The notes: a model not told the origin generated them from the sequence alone. DNA of 64,000 nt from Bacteriovoracia bacterium (GCA_050246755.1 JBFWVL010000001.1:96001-160000), one strand, 5' to 3'; shown: positions 10,000 through 20,185, counted from the stretch's first letter. Translations and numbers: made by a program.

Positions 10000-10088
10000 C
10001 AGGGAGCGACTGGAGAGCTGGGGAAAACGGGTTTCAGTAAATCCGAAACTACGGCCGCAAACTTAGTGACCTAAAATTTTGGGGGAAT

Positions 10089-11030
10089 ATGAAACAAGTG
10101 AAACTATTGATGGGAATTTCTTTCGCGGCGATTTTCGCGGCTCAACCAGTTCTCGCGGATTCTTCCGCGGCCGTTTCCACGAGTTCCAGCCCTTCGAATG
10201 CGTTCCTCGCCAACGTGGCTAAGAATTTAAAAGCCAGCTATCTCTTCGAATTGATCGGTCCCACCACTCAATCCCTCTCCGGAAATACCGACGGCAACGG
10301 AACTAAATTAAATATCAACCACTATGCCGGCCTCGGGTATCGCCTCGGCGGCAAGTGGAGCATCGGTTTCACCCAGCCCTTCTCGCAGAATATCGACGAG
10401 TACGAGCAAAATGGCCTCACCGCCGATGGCAGGCCGGCTCCCGACGCCTTCGAAGCCGGCGATCCCTACGTTTCGATCAATAATTCCCGCATCATGGGTA
10501 GCAACTTTCTCAACGCCACTGTATCCGGCCAGCTTCGCTACTACGCTCCTCTTTCCAAGGCGACGATCAACGCCGCGAACGACGCGAAGTCGACCGAATC
10601 GGGTAACGGAAGATTCCGCGCGCTCCTGAATCCCGCCATTTCCGTAATGGATGGAGCCATCGAAATCTCGGCTCCCACTTTCTTCTACTACCAGCTTGCC
10701 CGCCGCAGCGATGCGGAGCGAGCCGCCGCCAATAAAGGCAATCCTTCCCGCCGCGACTATCGCATCCTTCCCTCGCTTATCGTAGGCTACCAAGCCACCA
10801 AAGACGTGCAGCCCTATATCGAACAAGGCGTGCTCTTGAACCACTTCACCCACAATAATAACCGATTCTCCAAGTTCGATGATGCGAGCGACGGTTACTA
10901 CGTGTCTCCCGGAGCCAATATTAACGTGGGTAAAAAACTCAGCTTAAACGTGGCGGCCTACCTTGGCCCCTACGCTTTCAACGTGAAGAAGTCTTCGCTC
11001 TACTTCGCCGCCACCTACGTTTTCCTCTAA
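10089..11030 (+). CDS. Putative outer-membrane beta-barrel protein
   Basis: Signal peptide, amphipathic beta-strands, C-terminal aromatic pattern LYFAATYVFL (BAM-signal-like). Confidence 0.7.
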   Translation: MKQVKLLMGISFAAIFAAQPVLADSSAAVSTSSSPSNAFLANVAKNLKASYLFELIGPTTQSLSGNTDGNGTKLNINHYAGLGYRLGGKWSIGFTQPFSQNIDEYEQNGLTADGRPAPDAFEAGDPYVSINNSRIMGSNFLNATVSGQLRYYAPLSKATINAANDAKSTESGNGRFRALLNPAISVMDGAIEISAPTFFYYQLARRSDAERAAANKGNPSRRDYRILPSLIVGYQATKDVQPYIEQGVLLNHFTHNNNRFSKFDDASDGYYVSPGANINVGKKLSLNVAAYLGPYAFNVKKSSLYFAATYVFL

Positions 11031-11060
11031 GCCGTTAAAAGCTAGTCCTACCAACGAATT

Positions 11061-11090
11061 AGGCTCCGCCCCCCGCGGAGCCTTTTTTTT
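11061..11090 (+). terminator. Rho-independent terminator
   Basis: AGGCTCCGC-ccccc-GCGGAGCCT hairpin followed by a T run. Confidence 0.85.
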
Positions 11091-11116
11091 CGCCTCAGGA
11101 TGGGTATCATAGGGAA

Positions 11117-11911
11117 ATGAACGCCAAAGAGCCTACCTGGTTCGTGAGAATTCAGGGCCATACCCTTGGCCCTCTCACTACCGACGAGCTAAAAGCCAGC
11201 GTAAGGGAAGGCGAGATCGGCCCAAGCGACAAGCTCACTATTTCGGGCGCAAACGAATGGCAAACGCTCGAAGACCACGACGACCTTTTGGCTTACTGGA
11301 AAAGCTTTCATAAACCCGCGCTTTCTTTCAGTCTGCCTTCGCCAAAAATTCTTTGGAAAAAAAAGGCCGCGCCGCCGGAACCGCCTCCCGTGATGGAGCC
11401 CGCGCCGAAGATAGAAGCAAAAAAAGCAGAGCAGGAAGCACCCCCACCGGCCAAAGCAGTCTCGGCCCCTAAGCCAAAAGCCGCGAAGCCGAAAAAATCC
11501 AAGCCGACTAAGAAAACGAAGGCCCCGCTAAAGGCCAAAAAAAAACCGGTTCCTCAGCCGGCCAAGGAAGAGATCCGGGAAGCCGAGCCCGTGGAAGTTC
11601 CGGAGAAAATAGTAGACGCCGTTTTTCCCGATCGCCCGCCCGTTCCCGATCTGGTGGTCCATATCCCGGAGGTACCGAGATTCTCCGCCCAGCCGGAATC
11701 GCGAAAGAAAAAATTTCGCATCGCAGCTATCGCGGCGGCCGTTTTCGTTGTGATTTTAGGTGTGGCGGGAATAAGCTATTGGGCCGGAAAAAAAACGAGG
11801 GACCTGAAAGAGTTTCCCCTTCCAGATCCCTCTAGCCCCACTTCACAACCCTCAACGGCGGGTGACCCTGTCCTGCCGTTAAGAGCGCCTACTCGTCCCC
11901 AGAGAGATTAA
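11117..11911 (+). CDS. GYF_2 (DUF4339) domain protein with Pro/Lys-rich linker and C-terminal TM helix
   Basis: WFVRIQGHTLGPLTTDEL...GEI...W N-terminal domain; hydrophobic segment IAAIAAAVFVVILGVAGISYW. Confidence 0.75.
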   Translation: MNAKEPTWFVRIQGHTLGPLTTDELKASVREGEIGPSDKLTISGANEWQTLEDHDDLLAYWKSFHKPALSFSLPSPKILWKKKAAPPEPPPVMEPAPKIEAKKAEQEAPPPAKAVSAPKPKAAKPKKSKPTKKTKAPLKAKKKPVPQPAKEEIREAEPVEVPEKIVDAVFPDRPPVPDLVVHIPEVPRFSAQPESRKKKFRIAAIAAAVFVVILGVAGISYWAGKKTRDLKEFPLPDPSSPTSQPSTAGDPVLPLRAPTRPQRD

Positions 11912-12058
11912 CCATCCTGGTTTCCCCACGCCGGCTTCCTTGCTGACGCCCAAATTCTTCTCCCCCGATCGGAATTTGGTTCTAAGTATTCATAGGCTTT
12001 TTCGGAGAAATCCTTTTCCCAACTCCGCCCCATCCTAGAGCGGTTTATCCTGCCCGGC

Positions 12059-12166
12059 TCACGCCACGAGCAGTAAAGAACCTAAAGTGACCCCAAAGAA
12101 AACAAAGATCCAAGCCGCCGCGAGCACGAGTGCCGGACTCCAGTTCGTATTTTTCGTACTCTTCAT
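12059..12166 (-). CDS. Small single-TM protein (35 aa), not in the ORF track
   Basis: MKSTKNTNWSPALVLAAAWIFVFFGVTLGSLLLVA*, with a GGGAG RBS upstream of the ATG and a sigma-54-like site upstream. Confidence 0.55.
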   Translation of the reverse strand: MKSTKNTNWSPALVLAAAWIFVFFGVTLGSLLLVA

Positions 12167-12210
12167 CTAAGCTCCCTGCCCTCATCTTGAAGGCTTCTTA
12201 CCCTAACCAT

Positions 12211-12226
12211 AGCAGCGGTTGTGCCA
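12211..12226 (-). promoter_or_regulatory. Sigma-54-like promoter for the small ORF
   Basis: Minus strand TGGCAC-AACCG-CTGCT, with conserved GG/GC spacing. Confidence 0.5.
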
Positions 12227-12404
12227 GGCCAAGGCCTTACGTAAGTACGCAGATTTCCGTGGCGCTCCGGCTCTAATCTGCTAAAAACGGGGCAAGGTTT
12301 TTACTAGGTGGGGCCACGAGGCCAAATTGACACCGCCGGCGTGCGCAAAGTGCTCCCGGCTATGCCAAAATCTCGGGGCTAAAAAATATAGGTTGTGGAG
12401 ATCT

Positions 12405-13463
12405 ATGGGGCTGCAAGGCGCGCTTCGCTTAAATGGGGTATCTAAGCTTTTCGGCGGCGATGCAAATGGCGCCGGCGTTCGCGATCTGAATATCGAAATT
12501 CAGCCGGGCGAGGGCTTTTCCTTGCTCGGCCCCTCGGGCTGCGGAAAATCCACCACGCTGCGCCTGATCGGCGGATTCGAAAGCCCCGATCAAGGCCGCA
12601 TCCTCCACGGCAATACCGACATCACCGATCTTCCGCCGCAGAAGCGCGAGATCCGCACCGTGTTCCAGCGCTACGCGCTTTTTCCCCACCTCGATGTGCG
12701 CGCGAATATTTCCTTCGGCCTGCGCATGCAGAAAAAAACCGATACGGAAATTTCCAAAAAAGTAGACTGGGCCATCCAGCTCCTGCAAATTTCCCACCTC
12801 GAGCAGCGCGCCGTTTCGCAGCTCTCGGGCGGCGAACAGCAGCGCGTGGCGCTCGCGCGCGCGCTCGTGACGGAGCCTTCGGTTCTGTTACTGGATGAGC
12901 CGCTTTCGGCGCTCGATCTGAAACTGCGCGAGCGCATGCAGCTCGAGCTCCTCGCCCTTCGCCATAAACTAGGTTCGAGCTTCTTATTCGTGACCCACGA
13001 TCAGGGCGAAGCCATGACCCTCTCCGATCGCATCGCCGTGATGAAGAGTGGGCGCATCGTGCAGGTGGGTACGCCCTACGATATCTACCACCGCCCGAGC
13101 TCGCGCTTCGTGGCGGAGTTCATCGGCCAGGCGAATTTTCTTCCGCAGAGCAAAACCGCGTTGCTCACCGGCGACCTCGCCCGCCTGCCGAAAATCGCTG
13201 GCGGCCAGGATTGGATGGTGCGTCCTGAGCATTTCACCCCCCGCGCGCTCGGCTGGCAGCCGCCCGGAGGATTCGTGGCGGTGCAGGCGCGCGTGAACGA
13301 AACGGCCTTCCTCGGCCCCGAGTGGATCATTAAGTGCACCGATAAAGATGGTTTCACCTACTTGCTCAAAACTCCGGGCTTCGAGCCTCTGCCCGCCAAA
13401 GTAGGAGAGGAGTTCGTTCTTTCCTGGGAAACGGAGGACACGTGGACCGTAGGCTCCTCCTGA
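12405..13463 (+). CDS. potA: Spermidine/putrescine ABC transporter ATPase
   Basis: GPSGCGKST, VFQRYALFPHL, LSGGEQQRVALARA, LLLDEPLSALD; first gene of a 4-gene ABC operon. Confidence 0.88.
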   Translation: MGLQGALRLNGVSKLFGGDANGAGVRDLNIEIQPGEGFSLLGPSGCGKSTTLRLIGGFESPDQGRILHGNTDITDLPPQKREIRTVFQRYALFPHLDVRANISFGLRMQKKTDTEISKKVDWAIQLLQISHLEQRAVSQLSGGEQQRVALARALVTEPSVLLLDEPLSALDLKLRERMQLELLALRHKLGSSFLFVTHDQGEAMTLSDRIAVMKSGRIVQVGTPYDIYHRPSSRFVAEFIGQANFLPQSKTALLTGDLARLPKIAGGQDWMVRPEHFTPRALGWQPPGGFVAVQARVNETAFLGPEWIIKCTDKDGFTYLLKTPGFEPLPAKVGEEFVLSWETEDTWTVGSS

Positions 13464-14236
13464 TCTCTCCCTACATCGTTTGGCTCGTGGGTCTCGTGCT
13501 CGGTCCCTTCTTGCTCATCCTCGCCACGAGCTTCGCCCTCCGCGACGAATCCGGCGCCCTGCAATTCGGCTTTCACCTCGACGCCTACCAGCAGCTGGCC
13601 GATCCGCTCTACCTCGAAGTATTGGGACGTACCGCATTGCTCGCGCTCGCCCACTCCTTACTCACGATTGCGGCCGCCTACCCGATGGCTTTCTTCCTCT
13701 CGCGCCTCGATCGCAGCCGCGCCGGCACCTACCTCACTTTGCTCCTGGTTCCTTTCTGGACCAACTACCTCATCCGCCTCCTCGGCTTCATGGAAGTGCT
13801 GCGCTGGCGCGCCTTCGGCCTCGAGTGGACCTTCACCTCCAAGGGAATGCTCGCGGCGCTTCTCTACAACTACCTGCCCTTCGCCGTGCTGCCGCTCTAT
13901 TCGGCGCTCGAAAAAATCCCCACCTCGCTCATCGAGGCCGCGCAGGATCTCGGGGCTTCCAAGCGTCGCGTGCTCACGCAAGTGCTTTGGCCCCTCACCC
14001 GCCGCCCGCTCATCATCGTTTTTCTTCTGGTATTCATTCCCGCGCTCGGCGAATTCCTGATCCCCGCCATCGTGGGCGGCGGACGCTCCTTCTACCTCGG
14101 CACCTTCCTCGAGCAGCAATTCCTCGTTTCCCGCAACTGGCCGCTCGGCGCCGCGGCCATCGCCGTGCTGCTAGTTCTCTCGGCCACGATCCTCGTGTTC
14201 GCGGGTAAATCTTTGGCCGAGGAGGAAGCCGCATGA
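13442..14236 (+). CDS. potB: Spermidine/putrescine ABC transporter permease
   Basis: PFWTNYLIR, YLPFAVLPLYSALEK, EAAQDLGA (EAA motif). Confidence 0.88.
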   Translation: MDRRLLLISPYIVWLVGLVLGPFLLILATSFALRDESGALQFGFHLDAYQQLADPLYLEVLGRTALLALAHSLLTIAAAYPMAFFLSRLDRSRAGTYLTLLLVPFWTNYLIRLLGFMEVLRWRAFGLEWTFTSKGMLAALLYNYLPFAVLPLYSALEKIPTSLIEAAQDLGASKRRVLTQVLWPLTRRPLIIVFLLVFIPALGEFLIPAIVGGGRSFYLGTFLEQQFLVSRNWPLGAAAIAVLLVLSATILVFAGKSLAEEEAA

Positions 14237-14970
14237 AAATCCTCCGCGCCTATACCATTGCGATCCTGATTTTCCTCTGGATGCCGCTCTCGGTCCTGCT
14301 CTTCAAGGGTATGTCATTGGTGGCCTTCGAGAAGCTCCTCAATAGCTCCGACGTGCTTTCCTCGTTCCGCAATTCGCTTTTGCTGGCCGCCGCCACCGCG
14401 ATCCTCACCACCGGCCTCGGCCTCACCACCGCCTTCGCCTTGCCCCTCCTCTCCACACGCCTGCGCGGTTGGGTGATTGGCTCCCTCTTGCTTCCGCTCG
14501 TACTGCCCGAGATTGCCTTCGGGATAGCCTACCTCGTATGGTTCCGCCTCCTCGGCATTCCGCTCGGCTGGACCACCCTCCTCTCCGCCCATTTCGCTTT
14601 CTGCTTCTGCTACGTGGTGCTCGTGCTGAAATCCAGCGTGGCCCAGCTCGACCCATCCCTCAGCGATGCGGCGCGCGATCTCGGAGCCAATAGCCTGATG
14701 GTTTTTCGTCACGCGATTCTTCCCCAGCTCTGGCCGGGACTCATCGCCGGCGCGATGATGGCTTTCAGCCTCTCGCTCGATGATTTCCTCATCACCTTCT
14801 TCGTAAAGGGCATCGATCAGCTCACGCTGCCGATTAAGCTCTACTCCATGATGCGGCTTCGCCTAGGAGTGGAAGTGTATGCGCTCTCGGTCATACTCTT
14901 TGGAATTTCGGTGATTTCTGTAGTAATCACTCAGCTATGGTTCATCCAATCGCAAAAGCAAAAACGTTAG
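14233..14970 (+). CDS. potC: Spermidine/putrescine ABC transporter permease
   Basis: PLVLPEI, DAARDLGA, FSLSLDDFLITFF, TLPIKLYSMMR. Confidence 0.88.
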   Translation: MKILRAYTIAILIFLWMPLSVLLFKGMSLVAFEKLLNSSDVLSSFRNSLLLAAATAILTTGLGLTTAFALPLLSTRLRGWVIGSLLLPLVLPEIAFGIAYLVWFRLLGIPLGWTTLLSAHFAFCFCYVVLVLKSSVAQLDPSLSDAARDLGANSLMVFRHAILPQLWPGLIAGAMMAFSLSLDDFLITFFVKGIDQLTLPIKLYSMMRLRLGVEVYALSVILFGISVISVVITQLWFIQSQKQKR

Positions 14971-16013
14971 CCCTTTGCCTCCTGCTCGCCGCAATGCCGG
15001 CTTGCACGAAAAAAGATTCCGCTCCCCAGAATGAGCTCCGCCTCTTCACCTGGAGTGAATATTTCCCCGATGAAGTGATCCGTGAATTCGAGAAAGAAAA
15101 TAACGCCAAAGTTCGCGTGGATTATTTCTCCTCGAACGAGCAATTACTCACCAAGCTCCAACTCTCTTCCGGCAACGCCGAGGAAGCCTACGATTTGATT
15201 TTGCCCTCGGATTTCATCGTGAAAACGATGGCCGAAATGAAACTCCTGAAAGAGCTAGATCACGCTTCGATGCCCTTCCTCGCCGACTTCGACCCCAAGG
15301 CCAAGCCCGACTACGACCCCGCCATGAAATACTCGGTGCCCATGGCCATCGGCACCACCGGCGTGGCGATCAATACGAAGCTGCTTCCCCGCTTCCTAAA
15401 AGACGCAAAGAACGGCATCACCTGGAAAGAGATCCTCGAGAGCCCCGAATTTAAGGGCAAAGTAACCCTGCTCGACGACACAAAAGAAGTGCTCCAGCTT
15501 GGCCTCCTGATGAACGGCAAGAACATCATCAACGCCACCGAGGCCGACGTGAAAACCGCCTTCGCCTACCTGAAAGCCCACAAGGCCCAGCTCAAGGGCT
15601 TCACCACCGAAACCCGGCCCGTGATCGAAGCCGATGAATGCGCCATCTGTATGGTGTATTCCGGCGATGCTCTCTCGGTGGGTAAGACCAAACCCGAGAT
15701 TATTTTTCTTATGCCTAAAGACGGCGCCACCATCTGGGCCGATAACTTCGCCATCCCCGCCAACGCCCGCAATCCGGCCCTGGCCTATAAGTTCATGGCC
15801 AAGGTGCTCTCGCCCGAAGGCGGCCAGCGCTTCACCGAACGCACCGGCTACCGCACCCCCAATACCAAAGCCCGCGCCTTGCTGTCCAAAGAAGTGGCCG
15901 CGAACGCTTCGATCTTTCCGGCTTTGAATCCTAAGCAGTTCCACTATCTGGTGGAGCGCAAGGATTTGGCCCTGCTTTCCGATAAGGAATGGGCATTGCT
16001 GAAATCGTTATAA
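14937..16013 (+). CDS. potD: Spermidine/putrescine ABC transporter substrate-binding lipoprotein
   Basis: Lipobox-like ...MPAC; FTWSEY, SSNEQL, YDLILPSDF, YSGDA, IWADNFAIP. Confidence 0.88.
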   Translation: MVHPIAKAKTLALCLLLAAMPACTKKDSAPQNELRLFTWSEYFPDEVIREFEKENNAKVRVDYFSSNEQLLTKLQLSSGNAEEAYDLILPSDFIVKTMAEMKLLKELDHASMPFLADFDPKAKPDYDPAMKYSVPMAIGTTGVAINTKLLPRFLKDAKNGITWKEILESPEFKGKVTLLDDTKEVLQLGLLMNGKNIINATEADVKTAFAYLKAHKAQLKGFTTETRPVIEADECAICMVYSGDALSVGKTKPEIIFLMPKDGATIWADNFAIPANARNPALAYKFMAKVLSPEGGQRFTERTGYRTPNTKARALLSKEVAANASIFPALNPKQFHYLVERKDLALLSDKEWALLKSL

Positions 16014-16074
16014 TTTTAGTAAGTTAGGCTATTAAGCTAAATCAGAACGCGAAAAGTACGCCGCGGATTTTCCC

Positions 16075-17418
16075 TTAGCGCCAGTCGCCCTTAGCCGCCA
16101 TGTCCGCGAACATCCCCTCGAGGATCTCGCAGCCGGCGTCCACCGTATCGGCGTCGATATTCAACGAAGGCTGCAAACGGATCGTAGGCTTATAGCTCAT
16201 CGCCAAGATCCCGCGCGAAACACCCTCTTTGTAGAATTCCTTCATGCGGGCCTCAGAAACGGGCTCCTTCGTCTGGCGATCCTTCACGAGCTCTAGCCCC
16301 AGAAACAAACCTTTGCCGCGCACTTCGCCCACAAATTCAAACTTCTCTTTGAAACGCTGCAGGTGGCCCAAGAGCCTCTCCCCCATCCGCGCCGAGTTCT
16401 CACAAAGCTTTTCTTCCTCAATTACTTTGATGGTGGTGAGCGCGGCGGTGGCCGCTAAAGGATTGCCGCCGTAAGAAGAAGAAGAGCCGGATGGATTCGA
16501 CCAAGGCTTCGCCTGCGCGATCTCCGAGGTGGTGAGCACTCCGCTCACGGGGAATCCGCCGCCGAAGCTCTTGCCCACGGTGATGATATCGGGCTCCACG
16601 CCGAAATCGTCGGACACAAAGAAGGAACCCGTGCGGCCAAAGCCCGTGATCATCTCATCGCAGATGAGGAGCGCGCCGAGTCGTTTGGTGGCTTCCTGCA
16701 TGGCTTTCAGCCAGCCTTTCGGCGGCACGATATTGCCAGCCGTGCCTTGGCAGGGCTCCACGATCACGGCGGCGATCGCGCCGGTGGTCTGGGTGCGCGC
16801 GGATTTTTCGAACATGTCCACGCAGGCCATGGCGCAGGAATCGGGCTGCTTGCCCAAAGGGCAGCGGTAGCAATCCGGAAAAGCGGGCAAGGTATGGCAG
16901 CCAGGCGCGAAGGGGCCGTATTTGGCCTTTTGTCCGTCGCCAAGCAGGCCCATCACGCCGAGGGTTTTGCCGTGAAAACCTCCCCAGAGAGAAAGGAATT
17001 CCCATTTACCGGTATAGCATTTCGCCAGGCGCATCGCGGATTCCACGGCTTCGGCGCCGCCGGAATAGAGCTGGAGCTGGTCGATCTTGCCGGGCGCATG
17101 CTCGGCCACTTTGGCCACAAGCTCGGCGCGGGAGCGCGAAGTGAAGGTGCCCACGGAGATCTTTGCCAATTGTTCTTGCAGGGCTTTTACGTATTTCGGG
17201 TGGGAATGGCCGAGTCCGTTCACGCCGATGCCGCCGATGAAATCGATGTACTCGTTGCCATCCACATCGGTGAGCCAGGAGCCCTCACCCTTCTCCATCG
17301 CCACGCCGGCCATGAGGGCGAAGCCCTGCAAACCAGGCGCGAGATTTTTTTGCTCGGCAGAAAAAATGGCGGAGGACTTGGGGCCGGGGACAACGGTGGT
17401 TCGTTTCGGTTTGCGCAT
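16075..17418 (-). CDS. Class III PLP aminotransferase (GabT/ArgD-like)
   Basis: DVDGNEYIDF, SGGAEAVE, FHGKT, DEMITGFGRTG, PDIITVGKSFGGG, VRGKGL. Confidence 0.9.
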   Translation of the reverse strand: MRKPKRTTVVPGPKSSAIFSAEQKNLAPGLQGFALMAGVAMEKGEGSWLTDVDGNEYIDFIGGIGVNGLGHSHPKYVKALQEQLAKISVGTFTSRSRAELVAKVAEHAPGKIDQLQLYSGGAEAVESAMRLAKCYTGKWEFLSLWGGFHGKTLGVMGLLGDGQKAKYGPFAPGCHTLPAFPDCYRCPLGKQPDSCAMACVDMFEKSARTQTTGAIAAVIVEPCQGTAGNIVPPKGWLKAMQEATKRLGALLICDEMITGFGRTGSFFVSDDFGVEPDIITVGKSFGGGFPVSGVLTTSEIAQAKPWSNPSGSSSSYGGNPLAATAALTTIKVIEEEKLCENSARMGERLLGHLQRFKEKFEFVGEVRGKGLFLGLELVKDRQTKEPVSEARMKEFYKEGVSRGILAMSYKPTIRLQPSLNIDADTVDAGCEILEGMFADMAAKGDWR

Positions 17419-17426
17419 AAAATCTC

Positions 17427-17452
17427 AAAAAAAACGCCCGTTTTCACGGGCG
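17427..17452 (-). terminator. Rho-independent terminator after ino1
   Basis: Minus strand CGCCCGT-gaaa-ACGGGCG followed by T8. Confidence 0.7.
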
Positions 17453-17460
17453 CCCTTTTC

Positions 17461-18804
17461 TTAATTGCCGATCTGGGCCGCGTCGGCTTCGTCCACGCCG
17501 TAGTACGTGAGGCCGAGGTGATTGATGAGCTCTTCTTTGCCGATAAAGCGCAGAGTATTCTCGAGCTTCAGCTTCTGCACTTGCAGGTCGTGTTCAGGCT
17601 TCAATCCCGGCTTCACGAGAGGATTCTTCAGGTAGAACGAAAGCCATTCCTGAATTCCTTTGAAACCGGAACGAGCCGAGAGGTCCAGGAACTGCGCGAG
17701 GTCGAGCACCAGCGGAGCAGCCAGGATGGAATCGCGGCAGAGGAAGTTGATCTTGATCTGCATGGGGTAACCCATCCAGCCGAAGATATCGATATTGTCC
17801 CAACCTTCTTTATTGTCGCCGCGGGGCTTGTAGTAATTGATCTTCACCAGGTGGTGGAGATCGCCGTAGAGGTGCGGGTAGCGCTCGGGCTCGAGCACGG
17901 AATCGAGCACGCTGAGCTTCGATACTTCTTTCGATTTGAAGGAATCGGGATCCTGCAAAACTTCGCCGTCGCGGTTGCCGAGGATATTCGTGGAATACCA
18001 GCCGGCGATGCCGAGCAAGCGGGCCTTAAGGCCGGGAGCCACGATGGTTTTCATCAGGGTTTGTCCGGTCTTGAAATCGGAACCCGCGATCGGCACGCCG
18101 CGGTCTTCAGCGAGCTTGATCAAGCAAGGAAGTTCTACGGAAAGGTTCGGGGCGCCCATCGCCATGGGAGCGCCTTCCATGATGGCCGCGTAGGTATACA
18201 TCATCGAGGGCGAGATATTGGGCGAGTTCTCTTTCATCGCCGTCTCGAAAGACTGGATGGTTTGGTGCTCGGGGCCCACGGTGAGGTAAGCCTCGGTGGA
18301 TCCGCACCATACGAGCACCACGCGCTCGCAGTTATTGTTCTTCTTGAAATTGCGGATGTCTTCGCGGAGCTGTTCGGCTAAATCAAATTTATTTTTGCCT
18401 TTTTTTACATTGGGGCCCGAGATCAGCTTCACGAACGCGGGATCGAAAACCGCGCTCATCGGCTTGATTTGCGAAAGCTCTTCCTTCACTTGCTCGAGGT
18501 GCTCTTTCTCGAGAACTTTGGCGTTCTTCGCGGCTTCGTAGGCGGTATCGTTATAGATATCCCAGCCGCCAAGCACGATGTCGTCTAGGCGTGCGAGCGG
18601 AAGGAATTCGCGGATGAGAGATTGGCGCTTTTCGGTGCGCTTCCCGAGACGGATATAGCCGCCTTCCGATAGAGAACCGATCGGCTTGGTGAAGCCTTTG
18701 CGTGCGGAGATCACACCGGCCATGAAGGTGGTGGATACGGCGCCCATTCCGGGGGTGAGAATACCTAAACGGCCAGTGGCCGGTTTAACGTTGGGGCTTT
18801 GCAT
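17461..18804 (-). CDS. ino1: myo-inositol-1-phosphate synthase
   Basis: GGWDI, WCGSTE, GSDFKTGQTLMKT, STNILGNRDG, RGDNKEGWD, CRDSILAAPLVLDL. Confidence 0.95.
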   Translation of the reverse strand: MQSPNVKPATGRLGILTPGMGAVSTTFMAGVISARKGFTKPIGSLSEGGYIRLGKRTEKRQSLIREFLPLARLDDIVLGGWDIYNDTAYEAAKNAKVLEKEHLEQVKEELSQIKPMSAVFDPAFVKLISGPNVKKGKNKFDLAEQLREDIRNFKKNNNCERVVLVWCGSTEAYLTVGPEHQTIQSFETAMKENSPNISPSMMYTYAAIMEGAPMAMGAPNLSVELPCLIKLAEDRGVPIAGSDFKTGQTLMKTIVAPGLKARLLGIAGWYSTNILGNRDGEVLQDPDSFKSKEVSKLSVLDSVLEPERYPHLYGDLHHLVKINYYKPRGDNKEGWDNIDIFGWMGYPMQIKINFLCRDSILAAPLVLDLAQFLDLSARSGFKGIQEWLSFYLKNPLVKPGLKPEHDLQVQKLKLENTLRFIGKEELINHLGLTYYGVDEADAAQIGN

Positions 18805-18865
18805 AGCGTAAATCCTCTTTCTGTGGAGGAATCCTAGTATCGCAAAGCACTAATTTCGTAAAGCG

Positions 18866-20182
18866 CTAGAGGGAAGCAATCGCCGGGTCCACTTCCGCCC
18901 CGACTACTTTGGACAAATTGGCCCAAGCCAGATGGTGATGATAAACTGCGTCAAAATAGTTTTTTGCCGTTTCCGCTCTAGCACCGTAAGCCTCAACTAA
19001 TCCTTTGGCATCCCCAAGACCCGACCCATAGCCGATCGCTTCGCCGGTGAGCCACTGCTTACCCACTTTATAGCCCTCCGTAGCGGCCTGGAGGCGCTTC
19101 TCAGCTTCTTCGAGCTCGAGGTAGGCCTTGCGTACCTCCGTGGCGATTCCCTGCCGTGCGTAGATCTCCTTGGCCTCCAGCTCATCGGCCTCGGCCTGAA
19201 ATTTACTGGCCTTGGCTTCCTGGAGCCCCCACTGGAAATCGAGCTTAAATCCCACCCCGATGGTGAAGGTGGATTTATTGTAGGGATCGTAGGCGAATGC
19301 CCCCGTCTGCACGGTGCGCACGTTGGTATCGGCCAAATCGTAGGAAGTGAGCCCGGCCAAAATCGGCCACCGCCCTTTTTTCTCGGCAATCGCCAAATTG
19401 CGTTTCGCGCTCTTTCCTTGGTCCAGCTGTTGGAACTCGGGCCGCTCTTTGGCCGCCATCTCGATATAATATTCCACGCTCTTTTTCTCGCGCTTCACCG
19501 GAATCAGCCATTTTTCTTTGGGAATCGCGGCGCCGCGCTCGGCCCCTACCCGCAAAGCGAACCCTTCCTGGGCCAGCTGGAAGTACTTCGAAATTTCGGC
19601 TTCGCGCCCTTCCACGTCGTGCAAAAAAATCTGCAGGCGGTACTTCTCTTTCGCGGCCGCCTGCTTTTTCTGTTTCCGCTCGGCCAGCGCCTTGGTGAGC
19701 TCGCCCTTGCCACCGCCGATAAAATCGAGCAGCGAATTGGCGAACTGGTAGCCGAAATAGGCTTCCTTCACTTCGTAGCGAAGCTGGAGCTCCTTTTGGC
19801 GCGATTCCGCTTCCTTTACTTTCACGCCGGCCTCGGCGGCCTTTTCGTAATTGCCTTTGCGCCCCCAGGTATAGATGGGCTGAGTAAGAGTGATTTTCCC
19901 GATGAAGATGCGGCCGATCACGTGCTTGTCTTCTTTGGACAAGCTCGCGTTTCCGGTGGCTTTGGTGATGGGCGCTCCGCCCAAGAGCATCTCGATATGC
20001 GGGCCGAACTCGCCGTCGACCCGCTTGATATCCGCGGCCGACTGCAGTTCCTGAAACCGCTGCGCGCGCAGATCGGAATTATCGCGCGCGGCGCGATCCA
20101 GGGCTTCCGCCAAACCGAGATCCTGGGCAAAAGCCGAAACACTAAGCCAGAGAGCGCAGAAAAAAAGAAGAATCGCTTTCAA
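18866..20182 (-). CDS. TolC-family outer membrane efflux protein
   Basis: Signal peptide; two OEP-like repeats (LTQPIYTWG; VKEAYF / VRKAYLEL). Confidence 0.85.
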   Translation of the reverse strand: MKAILLFFCALWLSVSAFAQDLGLAEALDRAARDNSDLRAQRFQELQSAADIKRVDGEFGPHIEMLLGGAPITKATGNASLSKEDKHVIGRIFIGKITLTQPIYTWGRKGNYEKAAEAGVKVKEAESRQKELQLRYEVKEAYFGYQFANSLLDFIGGGKGELTKALAERKQKKQAAAKEKYRLQIFLHDVEGREAEISKYFQLAQEGFALRVGAERGAAIPKEKWLIPVKREKKSVEYYIEMAAKERPEFQQLDQGKSAKRNLAIAEKKGRWPILAGLTSYDLADTNVRTVQTGAFAYDPYNKSTFTIGVGFKLDFQWGLQEAKASKFQAEADELEAKEIYARQGIATEVRKAYLELEEAEKRLQAATEGYKVGKQWLTGEAIGYGSGLGDAKGLVEAYGARAETAKNYFDAVYHHHLAWANLSKVVGAEVDPAIASL

Positions 20183-20185
20183 TCG

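Noticed and set aside
11370-11600. Low-complexity Pro/Lys/Ala stretch as a tandem DNA repeat
   Set aside because: Explained by the protein linker; no exact periodicity.
11908-12033. 41-aa minus-strand ORF MGRSWEKDF...
   Set aside because: No recognisable features; could be chance.
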